Part shown: positions 63,201 to 64,000 of the stretch, one piece after another
Layout: every line of letters starts with the position of its first letter
Numbering within the stretch: position 1 is the stretch's first letter
NCBI RefSeq assembly: GCF_009914755.1
Contig: NC_060945.1
Strand: one strand, 5' to 3'
Source: the human T2T-CHM13v2.0 reference genome, Homo sapiens
Length of the DNA stretch: 64,000 nucleotides
The notes under the pieces: generated by a model
The model's database searches: none
What the model saw: only the letters and a program-made list of their open reading frames with translations
Told to the model about the DNA's origin: nothing
Made by a program: the position numbers and the translations under genes

Positions 63201-64000
63201 AAATAACAAAGTACACAAACTATAAATTATATACTGTACATAAAATATGAAATTACATCAAATATATATTAGGTACATAAAATATGAAAGTACATCAAAT
63301 ATAGATTATATACTGTACATATAATATCAATGTACCCCAAATATATATTTTATACTCTACATGAAATATCAAAGTTCACAAACCATACATTATATACTGT
63401 ACATAAAATATCAAATTACCCAAGGTATATATTCTATACTGTACAAAAAATATCAAAGTACCCAAAGCATGTATTATATACTGTACATAAAATATGAAAG
63501 TACATCAAATATATATATTATTCTCTACATAAAATATCAAAGTACACCAGATATATATTCTATAGTGTACATAAAATATCAAAGTACCCAAACTATACAT
63601 TATATACTGTACATAAAATATGAAATTACATCAAATATATTTTATATTAGGTACATAAAATATGAAAGTACATCAAATATAGATTATATACTGTACATGA
63701 AATACCAAAGTACCCCAAATATATATTTTATACGGTACATGAAATATCAAAGTTCACAAACTATATATTATATACTGTATATAAAATATCAAAGTATCCA
63801 AGGTATATATTCTATACTGTACAAAAAATATCAAAGTACCCAAAGCATGTATTATATACTGTACATAAAATATGAAAGTACATCAAATATATATTTTATT
63901 CTGTACATAAAATATCAAAGTACACCAGATATATATTCTATAGTGTACATAAAATATCAAAGTACCCAAACTATACATTATATACTGTACATAAAATATG

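Larger units (their letters stand above)
1..64000 (+). repeat. Human Satellite 1A (HSat1A/SAR) array: 42-bp monomers in 378-bp 9-mer higher-order repeats; extends beyond both window edges
   Basis: Continuous repetition of ACATAAAATAT(C/G)AAAGT (17 bp) + AC(AT/CC)CAAA..TAT(A/T)CTGT (25 bp), matching the classical satellite 1 A/B RsaI-fragment consensus. The ORF track shows a 14-aa period (42 bp) nested in a 126-aa period (378 bp). Identity is from recognition of the consensus; the chromosome cannot be assigned from this window. Confidence 0.96.

Noticed and set aside
1-64000. CRISPR-like alternation of a conserved 17-bp part and a more variable 25-bp part
   Set aside because: The 'spacers' are homologous to one another and cycle in a fixed order of nine, and there is no leader or cas gene.
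1-64000. Abundant TATA-like (TATATA, CATAAAA) and ATTAAA motifs as promoters or terminators
   Set aside because: They are expected in ~80% AT repeat, with no positional context supporting function at any given site.
1-64000. Inversions, Alu/L1 insertions or other satellite junctions
   Set aside because: None seen. Monomer orientation and composition are uniform throughout as far as I could read.
1-64000. Assignment to a specific chromosome
   Set aside because: HSat1A occurs on several chromosomes (e.g. 3, 4, 13 and other acrocentrics), so placement needs alignment to an assembly.

Overview
All 64 kb are one uninterrupted, single-orientation array of an AT-rich (about 78-80% AT, estimated by eye) tandem repeat matching human classical Satellite 1A (HSat1A, RepBase 'SAR'). 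The 42-bp monomer (e.g. ACATAAAATATCAAAGTACCCAAACTATACATTATATACTGT) is cut by RsaI (GTAC) into 17-bp and 25-bp halves. Monomers are arranged as a 9-monomer, 378-bp higher-order unit, about 170 units in the window. I saw no genes, RNA genes, transposon insertions, inversions or unique sequence. The ORFs arise because 42 and 378 are divisible by 3 and one + strand frame lacks stops. The informative content is internal architecture: 373/375/378-bp unit variants, a 751-bp dimer, out-of-register 6/8/11/12-mer units, recent 1.1-kb tandem duplications, longer-range copies at about 3.76, 5, 6.4, 7.5, 10, 12.2 and 16.4 kb offsets, and a central variant domain (~15.6-53.1 kb) between two related flanking domains. 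Speculatively, a + strand transcript would be very dense in Pumilio elements (UGUAHAUA). I found no evidence for a new protein-coding system.
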